Below the pieces are notes generated by a model. That model was not told the origin of the DNA, made no database searches, and saw only the letters and a list, made by a program, of their open reading frames with translations. A DNA stretch of 64,000 nucleotides from Octopus sinensis. Lineage: Eukaryota. The stretch is from NCBI RefSeq assembly GCF_006345805.1, contig NC_043002.1, forward strand, positions 1,860,001-1,924,000. The letters run 5' to 3'. Position 1 is the first letter of the stretch, and every line of letters begins with the position of its first letter. The translations under genes and the position numbers were made by a program. Below are positions 48,477 through 61,190 of the stretch, in pieces.

Positions 48477-48594
48477 AATTAATAATAAATATTAGGGAAT
48501 AAATCCAAATTTACAGGGAAAAATCAGATTTAGGATTGAATCTAATTTTATAGTAAAATATTATATTATATTAAATTAGGGACAAAACCACTAT

Positions 48595-48724
48595 TATGCA
48601 AATCAAACAAAGAAAGCCTTAATCCAATACATAAATTAATTCATATAAATTTAGAAATTTAACAATTATAATTATTAAATTAATTTATGTATTGGATTAA
48701 GTCTTTCTTTGTTTGATTTGCATA
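48595..48724. repeat. Inverted repeat: 47-bp arms, 36-nt loop, at the end of a dispersed AT-rich repeat (48483-48724)
   Basis: 48595-48641 vs 48678-48724, 1 mismatch; upstream sequence is homologous (inverted) to 57900-57985. Confidence 0.92.
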
Positions 48725-49144
48725 TTACTCTTTTACTCTTTTACTTGTTTCAGTCATTTCACTGCGGCCATGCTGGAGCACCGCCTTTAGTCGAGCAAAT
48801 CGACCCCGGGACTTATTCTTTGTAAGCCCAGTACTTATTCTAACGGTCTCTTTTGCCGAACCGCTAAGTGACGGTGACGTAAACACACCATCATCGGTTG
48901 TCAAGCAATGCTAGGGGGACAAACACAGACACACAAACACACACACACATACATATACATATATATATATATACATATATACGACAGGCTTCTTTCAGTT
49001 TCCGTCTACCAAATCCACTCACAAGGCATTGGTCAGCCCGGGGCTATAGCAGAAGACACTTGCCCAAGATGCCACGCAGCGAGACTGAACCCAGAACCAT
49101 GTGGTTGGTTAGCAAGCTACTTACCACACAGCCACTCCTGCGCC
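48725..49144 (-). mobile_element. SINE family 1, full length
   Basis: GGCGCAGGAGTGGCTGTGTGGTAAG head at 49144, (GTAAAAGA)n tail at 48725. Confidence 0.93.
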
Positions 49145-49359
49145 TATATATATATATATATTTGAGTAGAAAAATGAAATATCTTTTTATGGATAATTCG
49201 TTTAACCGATACCTGGGTAGCAAATTCACATCAGAAACATATGTCGAAAATAAAGGAAATTTGTTAATTTGTCGTTCAACTCCATTCTTTCATTCTTTCA
49301 TTTATTCATTAATTTTATAAAAATATATATATATATATATTATATATATATATATATAC

Positions 49360-49421
<62 letters not shown>

Positions 49422-49627
49422 CTGTTGTGTCTGGGGAGAGTCATTTTCGTTGCGTCAAATTTTAGGAAAAAAGTGGAAATTTTATCGGTGAGTGTGTTAT
49501 ATTATAAGGCACAAAAATAAAATGACTCTTCCGCGACACAACAGAATATGCTTCAACACACGAACTCATATAAAGAATCTTGCAAACCAAATCCAAAGAA
49601 AATATATATATATATATAGTTACTTGA

Positions 49628-50655
49628 TGTTGTCAATTCGTTCGTCTACCTAGTAAGCTCTGTTCAAAATGATGGAAATCTTGATACAGAAATACAGCTG
49701 CAAATTCAAAGGCCAGCAAAGGCATTTGGTGGCTTGGAGTCCCGCGTTTGGCGCAAGTGACATATAAATAAGAATACAAAGCTGGCTCTTTACAAATCCT
49801 TTGTCTTACCATCCCTGTTGTATTCCTGTGAAACTTGGACTTGTTATGAAAGTCGTTTTAAATTGTTAGAACAATTCCACAAAAAATGCCTTCATTGCAT
49901 TTTAAAAATTAAATGGAGTTCTTTTACTCCAAACACAGATGTCCTTGCATCTGCGAGCATCACCTCAATTAAAGCTACGATTTTGAAGAGCCAATTGAGA
50001 TGGTGTGGCCATATTGCTCGAATGGCAGATGAACGGAAACAGCTGTTTTATGGTGAGCTTGCAGAGGGGAACGCTGTCGGCGTAAACCTAAAAAAAGGTT
50101 TAAAGATGACATAAGGACTATTATGAAGTCACTTGGAATGGTTCCAGAAGATATAGAAACCTTTGCTTCGGATCGAGTTGGATGGCGAACAAAGGTGTGG
50201 AGTGGAGTGAAAGCATCTGAAGAGGCCGGGATAACACAAGAAAGATTCAAAAGAGATCTAAGGAAGAATGTAACGATCGAGAAGGTGAATGACGATGACC
50301 TTTCTTTTGTGCAGTCTGAGACAGACCATGCCTGGCCATGCTGGCCTCAAATCTTATCTGCGAACGCATGGAAAACGAACCTCCACCAAATATTCTGCCT
50401 ATACGTCTGTGCACAACATTGACTGCAGTGTATGCCAGAAGGTTTGTAAATTCAATGAAAGTCTCAAAAGAGATTTTAAATTCCACAAAGAGCAGAATTT
50501 ATCTGCAGCTCTTGGTAGTTGAAATCGGAGGTACAATTTATGGGGGTGTCTTTTCAGAATACTGTCTGGGTTGAAGAGCCACATCAAATGCCATGATGGT
50601 GCTAACGTGTAGGTACAGGAGTTGGTCAATCTTTGCATAAGGAGTAGACAACTAC
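49628..50655 (+). mobile_element. RTE-clade LINE 3' fragment with three C-terminal C2H2 finger remnants
   Basis: LLYSCETWT, QLRWCGHIARM, QLFYGEL; CAV*DRPC..HAGLKSYLRTH, CSVCQKVC..LKRDFKFH, YNLWG..SGLKSHIKCH. Confidence 0.85.
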
Positions 50656-50699
<44 letters not shown>

Positions 50700-50703
<4 letters not shown>

Positions 50704-50966
50704 CTTTTACTGGTTTCAGCCCAGGGCTGAGGTCATGCTGGTGCACCCAGTGTATGCGATATTGTTTTTGGTGAAGTAGCGAGTTAGGCGGAGCTGATCT
50801 TCTTTGCGTCTCATTTCGCGATGTGAGTTCATCTGGTGTCTATATATATATATATGGAGAGGTTTCTATCTCCGCCCAACTCGCTACTTTACCAAAAACA
50901 ATATCGGAAACTACACGGGGTGCACCAGCATGACCTCAGCCCTGGGCTGAGACCAGTAAAAGATAA
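50700..50966. mobile_element. MITE-like element, about 95-bp TIRs, in (TA)n
   Basis: TATCTTTTACTGGTTTCAGCCCAGGGCTGAGG...GGCGGAG (50701-50793) vs inverted copy 50870-50965. Confidence 0.85.
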
Positions 50967-50984
50967 TATATATATATTTGTCTT

Positions 50985-51185
50985 TTATTTCTCTTTTATT
51001 TGTTTCTGTCATTTGACTGCGGCCATGCTGGAGCACCGCCTTTAGTCGAGCAAATCGACGCCAGCACTTATTCTTTGGAAGTCTAGTACTTATTCTATCG
51101 GTCTTTTTTGCCAAGCCGCTACGTTACGGGGACGTAAACACACTACCAACGGGTGACGAGCGATGGTGGAGGGCCAAAGGCACAC
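50985..51185 (-). mobile_element. SINE family 1, 3' half
   Basis: GTCATTTGACTGCGGCCATGCTGGAGCACCGCCTTTAGTCGAGCAAATCGAC. Confidence 0.8.
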
Positions 51186-51304
51186 ACACACACATATATA
51201 TATACATATATATACATATACGTATATATATACATATATACGTGTATCTATGCATAGATATGTATTTACACACACACACACATATATATATACATATATA
51301 TATA

Positions 51305-51388
<84 letters not shown>

Positions 51389-53137
51389 TACATACGTCCA
51401 TACATAGCTAGATACGCACATACATACATACATGCATGCATACATACATACGTACATACATACATACATACATAATACATACATACATACATACATACAT
51501 ACATACATACATACATACATACATACATACATACATACATACGTACATACATACATACGCTTTGTATTTCCTTGAGTAGTTCTAACGGGCATCAACGGTA
51601 TCCTAGTGTTCTGAGGAAGCCTTATACACAAACATTATCTTTGACAGATTGAGAAAAAGAGAAAACTTGAGAAAGCAAAACCTTCCATCTTCCACTCAGC
51701 GCGATATTATTTAATCTGCTGAAGATGTTGTTTCTTTGAGAAATTTCTGAGAATTAATAAATTGACAATAATGAATAAAGCATGAAATATATTCGTGTTT
51801 AGCTTTTTTTAATCACTCTGAAATTATAGGTTGTCTTTGTTTATTTAGTATGAGAGACTGAGAATGGAAATGACCACTCATGGTTGCTGTATTTAAAACA
51901 GTTTTTTTTTTATATATAAAGAACTATGCTGAGAATCCCTAAACCAACTCTGTTCTGAAACCTAAAGTTGAAGGGGGTTTTTCAACAATGACGCAGTTGC
52001 GGGAATTAGCAAATATTTTTTATTAAACTGTCTGCTCCGTTCACCTTGAAGCCATTGTTTCTCTCTCACTTGATATTAACCAGACACAAATATATCGCAT
52101 ACATAAATATTTAAAATCACACATTTATGCATATTCCACCGATATTTTCTCCATCTTTGAAGCTCACTTCCAGTTTTGAATGAGATATTGTTTCAGTACA
52201 CTTATTATAATTGCCGTATATTTCAATCACGAATTGTTTGAGAATAGTCTTTATCACATTCAAAAGAGAGATATATACAAAAATTCTTTGATTATACTTA
52301 TATCAAAGTAAATAAGCAATATTGTGAGTCATTGCTTTTGCGAAAGCAGATTTCTTTCGGAAAGTAGGCTCACGAATTCTATATAATCAGTATGGTTGGA
52401 CAATCAGAATATATTCTTTGAAAGAAATAAATCCATTCTTAGTCAGCTTTCGAGTCATAAAAGAATGCGATATCTTAAGAATAAAGATATTTATGGCTTT
52501 CACCTTTTACGTAAGCTGTATTGGATGCGAACAAATTCTGTTCAGGATCTATTGATAATTCGAAACATATTTTCCATTGCACTGCCATATAATAGAAAAT
52601 ACTTTTTATTCAATTATATGATTGTTTGTGAAAATATATGAAAAGCTATTACTTTACTCCGTATATTAGTTTTAAACAGGTTTCCCATTGCGGTTTTTAT
52701 AGCACAACTTTTAAAAGTAATCTTACTTCCTACTTTGCATCACGCAGAAAAGTCATACAAATTGTCAGAATTGGCAACAGTCGTGTTGATGAAGCTTCAC
52801 ATTCTTTACAGATGTTTCCTGAGTTCGTAATGTACCCAGGATGCTCTTCTCATTCATGACTCAAACAGTAGAAATGTGTTTCCGATTTCTTGCAAAACAA
52901 AATCGGTAATTATTTATCAACAGCTTATATTAACTAACAATTGATGTTTAGTATGGTTACGTACAGCACGAAAACTGTATCTCGTAACGTACGAATGAAG
53001 AGAAGTCGAACCATATTTGTACTCCTTTCATTTTAACCTTTTAAACGTTCGCATTCCTGAATTTTATTCATTTTCTATATTAAGATCTCGCATGAAGAAT
53101 ATATCTCTTGGTATGTTCTCTCACAAGTCAAACAAGT

Positions 53138-53199
53138 TTATTTCATTTTATTGTGTTATTTGAAATGATTTCTGAATTAAATATGTGGCTAAGTTTATT
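53138..53199 (-). terminator. Cluster of three AATAAA polyadenylation signals
   Basis: Plus-strand TTTATT at 53138, 53147 and 53194, about 800-860 nt downstream of the stop at 53998; AT-rich context makes chance occurrence likely too. Confidence 0.25.
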
Positions 53200-53997
53200 G
53201 AGCTTTAAAAGTTTACGACTGGACTTGAGATTTAGCAGTTGAACTTTCTCAACGTGTATTTTAGGTTATTTCAAGTTTGTTAATGAGCCAGCTATGACGA
53301 AGGGTCATCTCAATTCAAAGGATTTAATCTGTGATATTTAAATAGGATGGAAAATATATTCTGTATGCTGCTGTGCAGATTCCGTGAATCTCCAAGGAAC
53401 ACAGTTCTGTCTTAGAGGCAATTGTTTTAATAACTATTAACAATGAGAAACACTGGCGGTGTTGTCACTAACAACGTCTTAACTTCCATTTCGGCGAACG
53501 AAACCTATGTGCTTCTATTATCATATGGCACACCTAGGTGACACTGCCCTCTGGCACGTTACTTCTATGTAGATGATATTAACTCACATCCGTACTTAAT
53601 CTTTCATATACAGAGATCATTAACAGATAATGTGAATGTTTCTTAATTACCGAATGACTCCAATGCCATCTGCAATAGCTTTGGAGTCATTCTTCAACGG
53701 GAAATAATCATCTTGTCTCAGCAGCGGGAAGAAACAATCAGAACCCGCCAAGAAAAGAGACCTTAGATTCTCTGGTCATTAACACTTCAAAGGCCACTCC
53801 TGGTCAAAACTTTAACACATAGACGAAGCTTAAATTATAGGGACAGAAACTATTTATGACAGTGTGGAGTATTCACGCACGCACACACACACACACACAC
53901 ACACAAACATGCACACTGGATTACAACCGAAGTTATGCCAGTGGATTGATTGGCAAATATTCACACAGCAACACGCTGCGAATTCAAAGACACGTTG

Positions 53998-54151
53998 TTA
54001 TTCTCCTCGTCCTTTGTTCCTTTTCTTGAATGGCATCAGGCTTCTGAACATGGCAGCTGCCTCACGAACCGTCTTCTTCTCAAATCCTGACAATATCTCA
54101 TGCCTCCTCTTCGCGACAATCTGCACTCCGTCCTGTCTTTCCTCGAAATGA
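53998..54151 (-). CDS. Candidate terminal coding exon of an unidentified host gene (50 aa plus stop)
   Basis: Acceptor TTATCTCCAGTTCTTTTGCAG, then T-HFEERQDGVQIVAKRRHEILSGFEKKTVREAAAMFRSLMPFKKRNKGRGE*; GC-richer than flanks; no TE motif; followed by mostly unique UTR-like DNA. Confidence 0.5.
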
Positions 54152-55371
54152 CTGCAAAAGAACTGGAGATAATGCAAGTGCGGCGAACTCCGTGAATGGA
54201 TGACATGAAAGACAAAACCATGGGAATGGGAAGAGTCTGTAGAAAGATTCAGAAGTTGTGTCGAGCAAAAGAGATTTGGAATGTAATGCAAGTGTTAGAG
54301 AAAGGAAAAGAGGAGAACACTGAATAGAAGAAAATAAAAGAAAAAGGAAAAGAAGAGAAGAAAAGCACAGAAGGGAGAAGAGGAGGAAAGGAAAATGCTA
54401 TTTGGAAGTGGAAAATGGTGAGAAGAGAAGGAAAAATATATTTCATTCTTCTTAAAAGTCAACATTTGCACAGTATTCCACTTTTTATATCCAGCGACAA
54501 TGAGCATAAACATAGACATACGCACGCACACGCAGAGAGAGAGAGAGAGAGACGTAGATATATGTAGAGATATATGTGTATACATAGTGTGTAGTATGTG
54601 TGTCTGTGTACATAGCCTCGGCAGCTGCATGTGAAATTATTATTGCTATAAGCCAAATAATGTTATGTCTCCGAGGTTTTCTTTATGATCGTGAGTGGCA
54701 TTAAGTTTCTCTTTTAACTAAACTGGCAATAAACGTGTAGAAAATCAAATTATTGATTTACTTACTGATCGAAACAATCTGCCAGGGTGTCTTTTCCTGT
54801 GAGTCTATCGTGTATTTCTTTTGTTTTCGTTCTTTTTAACCGAAATTCATGGAGTTGTGTGGCATTTAGACGGGCATTTAAGTTAACGGATCTTTTGTTT
54901 TGAAAGCATTTTTCACTTTGATAGCAGAGACATCTATTTTAACTTTCACTGTCTTCGTTTATGACTTGATAAAGAGATGTGTATTGACAGACGAGATGTG
55001 CGCACGCGCGTTTCTGTTAGTATGTTTGTGTGTGTGTGTGTGCGTGTGACTGCGTCTGTCTATTTATGCCTGTATATGTCTATGTACATGTTCAGCCAAC
55101 GATATCCGACCACTGTCCATTGAAAGATTACGTGAGAATCTGGTCTCTTTCCAAAAGACTAAATTGTTGAAGAAATATCTCGGTTTCTAAGAAGACTTCC
55201 ACGAAGTAAATACACTCATCTCTTCTGTCTGTAAATGGTTCTGTCCAAGATGTCTTTTGCGGATTCATATGTTCAGCATAAAGAACCGAATTAATATTCT
55301 CAGAAAATGAATTCCATTTCACTAATTAGGATATGCTTTTCTCTTTTTATATAAATACATATACATAAATA

Positions 55372-55527
55372 GGCGCAGCAGTGGCTGTGTAGCTGGCTTA
55401 CCAACCACATGGTTCCGAGTTCAATCCCACTACCTGGCACCTTGGGCAAGTGTCTCTTACTATAGCCTCGGGCCGACCCAAACCCTTGTGAGTGGATTTG
55501 ATAGACGGAAACTGAAAGAAGACTGTC

Positions 55528-55530
<3 letters not shown>
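55372..55530 (+). mobile_element. SINE family 1 head
   Basis: GGCGCAGCAGTGGCTGTG..GAGTTCAATCCC..CCTTGGGCAAGTG. Confidence 0.85.
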
Positions 55531-55595
<65 letters not shown>

Positions 55596-55618
55596 ATACA
55601 TACATACATACATACATG

Positions 55619-55666
<48 letters not shown>

Positions 55667-55674
55667 CATACATA

Positions 55675-56775
55675 TGACTTCATTTTCGTATTTGTCAGCT
55701 TCCTTAAAGATTGAAAACAGTCTTTTGTTTCGTTCGTGATCTGTGGCTGTTTGTATTAGCTTTCCCTGCTTCCGAAGTAGGTATTTCCGTAGTTCTAGCA
55801 TGTCAGATAAAGGTGTCAGTGCCAAGCAGAAAAGGAGTGGAGAGTGTGTCTCCCTTTAATATTCCTCTTCTAATGGGGGTAGCTTTGGTTTCTATGAGTC
55901 CCTCTTTTGTCTGGAGCTATAGCACTGTCTGCCATTTATTCATGGAATGTTTTATATATTTTATGATTGTTGGTGCTTCCTTATTCATGGCTAGTATTTC
56001 TAGGATACATGTTTGGGAATACTATCAAAAGCCTTTCGGTAATCGATCCAGGCCATAATTAGACCCATCCTCCTTCTGCAACTGTCTTTAGTTATGGCTT
56101 TATTGATCAATATCTGATCTTTACAGCCATATAAGCCCCTGCAGCATCCCTTCTGCTCTTCTGGAAGCAAGTTATTTTTTTCCAGATGCTTCTTCATTCT
56201 TTGCGATATTATTACATTAAAGGCTTTGTATATTGTAGTGAGACAAAATATCGGTCTGTAATTTTGTGGACTTGCCGTTTCAGTGGATTTGGGGAATAAG
56301 ATAGCTTTCCTTTTAGTGAGCCATTCAGGCATTGTCTCCGGCTCTGCTAGTACTTCATTAAATTCCTCAGCAAGCTAGTTATGTGTTTTTCTCGGGTATT
56401 TTAACCAGAAGTTGGGGATCTTGTCGTGCCCGGATACCTTTCATTTGCTTAGTTTTTGCAGCGCCTGGTTGACCTCTTCAGTTGCTATCGGGACGCAGGA
56501 TGGTTCAGATGCTGTGTTCATTGTTTTGATAGATCTTTTTCTGAGCTTCTCCCTTCGCTGACCATATTTCTTTACAAAATTATTCCACTTATTCTGCTGT
56601 TGGTGCTGCATTGATCTCTATTTTATTTTTGCCAAGTTCTTGGTAGAATCTTTTGGGGTTAGAGTAGAAGTGCTTGTTTTGTTCAAAGAAACGTTGGCGT
56701 TTCTCATACCGCTGGATTCTTTGTGCTTTGTCGAGGATATTTTGCTTTAGCTGTTCTTTTACCTCAGGTATACCT
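55675..56775 (-). mobile_element. Dong/R4 internal fragment (pre-RT and RT N-terminus), with internal deletion
   Basis: [70 protein letters not shown]. Confidence 0.88.
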
Positions 56776-57159
56776 TATGATTAATATTATTACTGTTGTT
56801 GTTGTTGCTATTGTTATCATTATCATCATCATCATCATTATTATGAGAGGTCCTATTCTTATGAGTGAGAGAGTGTAAAGTAATATTTCCAGGTTTATGT
56901 TCATTTGAAGCCATTATTAATTTTATGCGATCGAGTTTCTTTTCTTCTTTGTCTTTTTACTCTTTGAAAAATGGTGAAGAGGCAGAGGCAGGAAACCGAA
57001 GGCCTCGCAGTCATTTAAAATTAAAATTAACATTATCCATAAGTATGAATGATGTTTTCTATTTTCTTTACTTTTAACAGTGGAGGAGAAACAAAGAGGG
57101 GAAGAGATTTAGTGATGGGAAGGGGGGAAGGTTTCTTACGTGTTTAGGTTCCCATTCAG

Positions 57160-57556
57160 TGTGGTAAGTAGCTTGCTTACCAACCACATGGTTCCGGGTT
57201 CAGTCCCACTGCGTGGCACCTTGGGCAAGTGTCTTCTACTATAGCCTCGGGCTGACCAAAGCCTTGTGAGTGGATTTGGTAGACGGAAACTGAAAGAAGC
57301 CCGTCGTATATATGTATATATATGTGTGTGTATGTGTGTATACGTTTGTGTGTCTGTGTTTGTCCCCCCAACATCGCTTGACAACCGACGCTGGTGTGTT
57401 TACGTCCCCGTAACTTAGCGGTTCGGCAAAAGAGACCGATAGAATAAGTACTACGCTTACAAAGAATAAGTCCTGGGGTCGATTTGCTCGACTAATAAAG
57501 CGGTGCTCCAACATGGCCACAGTCAAATGACTGAAACAAGTAAAAGAGTAAAAGAG
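57160..57556 (+). mobile_element. SINE family 1, near full length
   Basis: GTGTGGTAAGTAGCTTGC..GGTTCAGTCCC..CATGGCCACAGTCAAATGACTGAAACAAGTAAAAGAGTAAAAGAG. Confidence 0.92.
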
Positions 57557-57892
57557 TATATAAAATATTAGAAAAGACCCACCTTTTATCAATTCAAAAT
57601 GAATAATTAAATTACACCATCTAGAAAATTACATATAATAGAAAAGTTAAAATTAAAATAACAATAAAATGTAAAGATTAAGTAAATTGCAAAAATAATA
57701 ATAAAAATGTATATAATTGTTTTTTCTACCTATTATATACATTTTTATTATTATTTTTGCAATTTACTTAATCTTTACATTTTATTGTTATTTCAATTTT
57801 AACTTTTCTATTATATGTAATTTTCTAGATGGTGTAATTTAATTATTCATTTTGAATTGATAAAAGGTGGGTCTTTTCTAATATTTTATATA
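57557..57892. repeat. Inverted repeat: 161-bp arms, 14-nt loop
   Basis: 57557-57717 vs 57732-57892; I find a single mismatch (AATTAAAAT vs AATTGAAAT). Confidence 0.97.
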
Positions 57893-57986
57893 TATATATA
57901 TTATATTGTGTGTAATTTGATTTAGTATTTCTAAATTGAATTCTTTTTCCTTGTAAGTTTGGATTTTATCCCCTCAAATAATAATT

Positions 57987-58063
<77 letters not shown>

Positions 58064-59996
58064 ATGTATGTATGTATGTATGCATGTATGTATGTATGTA
58101 TGTATGTATGTATATGATAATGTGTGTGTGTGTGTGTGTGTGTGCATAATATTACATTACGTATACTATAAGTAAATCAGTAAATCAATAGCAGTTCAAT
58201 GTCAAAATCATGCTTGACACCAAGTTAGCTGCTGTAAAATAAATGACATCAACGACATTAGAGTCTCCGCTACACTATTCACTCACATTTGATGCATATT
58301 ATTCAGGTTATTAACCACGTTTTGCTATGATGTGAAATAAATTGGTCTTCATTTTAATATCCAATAATGTGTTGCATATTGACAGCATCATTTTATTGGT
58401 TGAAATACTTATTAAAGATCTATTGGTAAAGTAAACTCTGAGATATATAACCGTAGAGACAACAAAAGACGAACGAAAAAAAAGAAAAAAGAGCTATAAA
58501 ATAGAGCTGAAATTTAGATAAGGTAAATTTATATGTTACTTAATCTCTAATGACAAATATTTCTTGTTCGCATAACGATTTACATTTATGACAGACTTCC
58601 TATTATAAACTTGTAATGGAAATGAAATCAATACCGGGAAGCAGACTCGTCACATCGAGAAGTTATTTCTTAACTATTTCCCTCGCCATACAGGGTAGGA
58701 ATTACTGTAGAAATTCGTAACATATAGGAAATACATAGAGCATTGATTCAAAGCTTGCTTCTTCACAACTATAAGCTTTTTAAAACGTTTCCCTGGGTTC
58801 AAATATTATATGAAAACATGAACTTGGCGATAAAACCAATCGGCAGGTATCAGTACATCCCTTCAACAAATTAGAAATGCAGAACAAATTTGGTTACACC
58901 TGTAAGCATAAACATCATTTTTATTGTTTTGGATATTTCCCAAAGGCTACCGCAGCTAACAGCCTTAATATATGACATGTCTTTCGTATAAAAAAATATG
59001 CAAGTATTGCACAACTAGTTGGATGAGACGCAGAAGCATTCGTTTGCTGGTGAGATATTCACTTGAAAGTCAGTTCGGGGTAAATGGTTTTGAAGCTTCG
59101 CCGTCTGCATCGACACCATCACACAGCTACTGAAATGCATCATTACTATTTTACTTTCCTCCAAGTAAAATCTCTTGCTAATTTCCTTTTTCTGTCAGGA
59201 TTTTTACTTGGCTGGAAATGAAGACCATACGTAGATTTCCCAACGGAAGCATATATATATATAACTTCTAATACAAGAAGATAGGAAATTCTCTCCAAAT
59301 CTAATTTTGCTACGTATTTTCTTTTTTTTTTGCAACGTAAAGTACAAAGAAGTTTGCAAAAGGATTTTAACTTTTTCTTTTTTTTTTGCAATGAAATGCG
59401 ATAGAAAAGTTGGATAGGTTTTACAATGTTCAACAAGAATAGATATCACATAATAATGCATATATCACAATATTCAGCTAATATATATAATCGGCAAAGG
59501 GATACAATGTGACTCAAGGGCCCACAGTTTCGTGTGTTGGCATTTATCAAACTATTTTTAAATGAAGGCGCTATACATTTGTATACCGGTGATAATGGTA
59601 TTACTCTGAATTCTTCTGGAACAATTAAAATGTCACGTGGGTAATATGTTTTCCCCTTTATGACATTGAGTAAATAAATGAATAAACACATAAAGGGAGT
59701 TTAAAGATAGACTAGCATACACAGGCACACATAAATGAAAGCGGCGGTGAATATAAGTGGGCGCATGAATACATGCACATGGATTCACAAACACACACAC
59801 ACACAAACACACAAAAACACGCATACAGATATATATAAATATAAACATGAAAACGAAAACAAATATACGCATAGGTGTATAAAGGTAGGAAAAATATGCA
59901 CACATATATATACCAATACACATATAAATATATATATGCATATGTGTATATAGACAGATAGATAGATATATAGATATGCATATACACAAGCAAGTA

Positions 59997-60028
<32 letters not shown>

Positions 60029-60189
60029 CATACATACACACATATATACATACACGCACATATACGCACACTCTTATATACGTTCACATTATTAGACGAA
60101 CAGGGACAAAATAAAATGAAGTAACTAAATAAGATTAACATTATCGATCACATATACTTAACATATACACCCCGTATATATATATCCGG

Positions 60190-61190
60190 GGGATGCGACA
60201 TGGCGTGATGGAGATTACTCTCTCAAAGCGTATTGCAATAATTTCACTACGGGCATCAAAGGATGAAGGCTCTGATGAGGAGTTATGTCTATTGGCCGTC
60301 TATAGACCGAAATATCAAAAACTTGGTGAGAACTTGCTGAGGTTGCCCGTTCGCGGCCAAAACCATGCTGGTAAAATATCAATCGTGGCCAGAGACGGGG
60401 AATCCATGGTCTAGTTTACACATTGACTATGCCAGACCGATAAACGGTGATTACTACCAAATCTTTATAGATAGCTGTACTAAATGGCAGGCGGTTTGCA
60501 GGTGCTATAGACCAACCTCCAAAAGTCCTAATACGAATTGTTTGCGCGATAATTTGTCCTTGACATGCAAGTTTCCGACAACGGAACGCAGTTCTATGAG
60601 TATAAATTCAAGAACTTCGGTAAAAGCATGAGACTAAGCATATTTTGACTCCGCTCTACCACCCGTGCTCAAACGGTTAGGTAGAGAGATTTGTGGACAC
60701 CTTTAAGAGTACGTTAAGAAAAGCGAGGAATGAATTAAATAACGACGAAGCACTGACAAATTTCTTAAGAATATACAGAGTGATCCCCAATCCAATTACA
60801 AATTCAGGATTGATGTTCTCAAGAAGAATAAAATCCACTTTTGACAAGCTATTACCAGAGAGAAAATGACGTAATGGAAATACGAAAGAGCCAACGAAAT
60901 AAGTCGAGATATGTGATAAAGTGCATTTAAAGACTTATAGAAACGGTGAAGAGGGCTGGGAAGATGGCCTTGTTACCCGAAAAATTAGACGTATAATGTA
61001 TCTAATTAAAGAGTTACACGATGAACATAAGAGACATATACACCAACTAAAGAGGAGGTATACTCAAGATCGGGAAGAAATTGCCATGGAAGTAATCTGT
61101 GAAATATTTGATGTACCGGTACCAAAAGTAATAGAGGCCCGTAGAACCAGCATGAGAATAAAGAAAGTAGACTATACACCTTGAGATAAT
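60190..61190 (+). mobile_element. Ty3/Gypsy integrase remnant
   Basis: GH..MKALMRSYVYWP..C*GC (HHCC), PWSSLHIDYA, NGTQF, YHPCSNG*VERFVDTFK, KRHIHQLKRR. Confidence 0.85.

Noticed and set aside
58730-59125. Several AG/GT-bounded open stretches on both strands
   Set aside because: Each has one weak splice site or stops in all frames.
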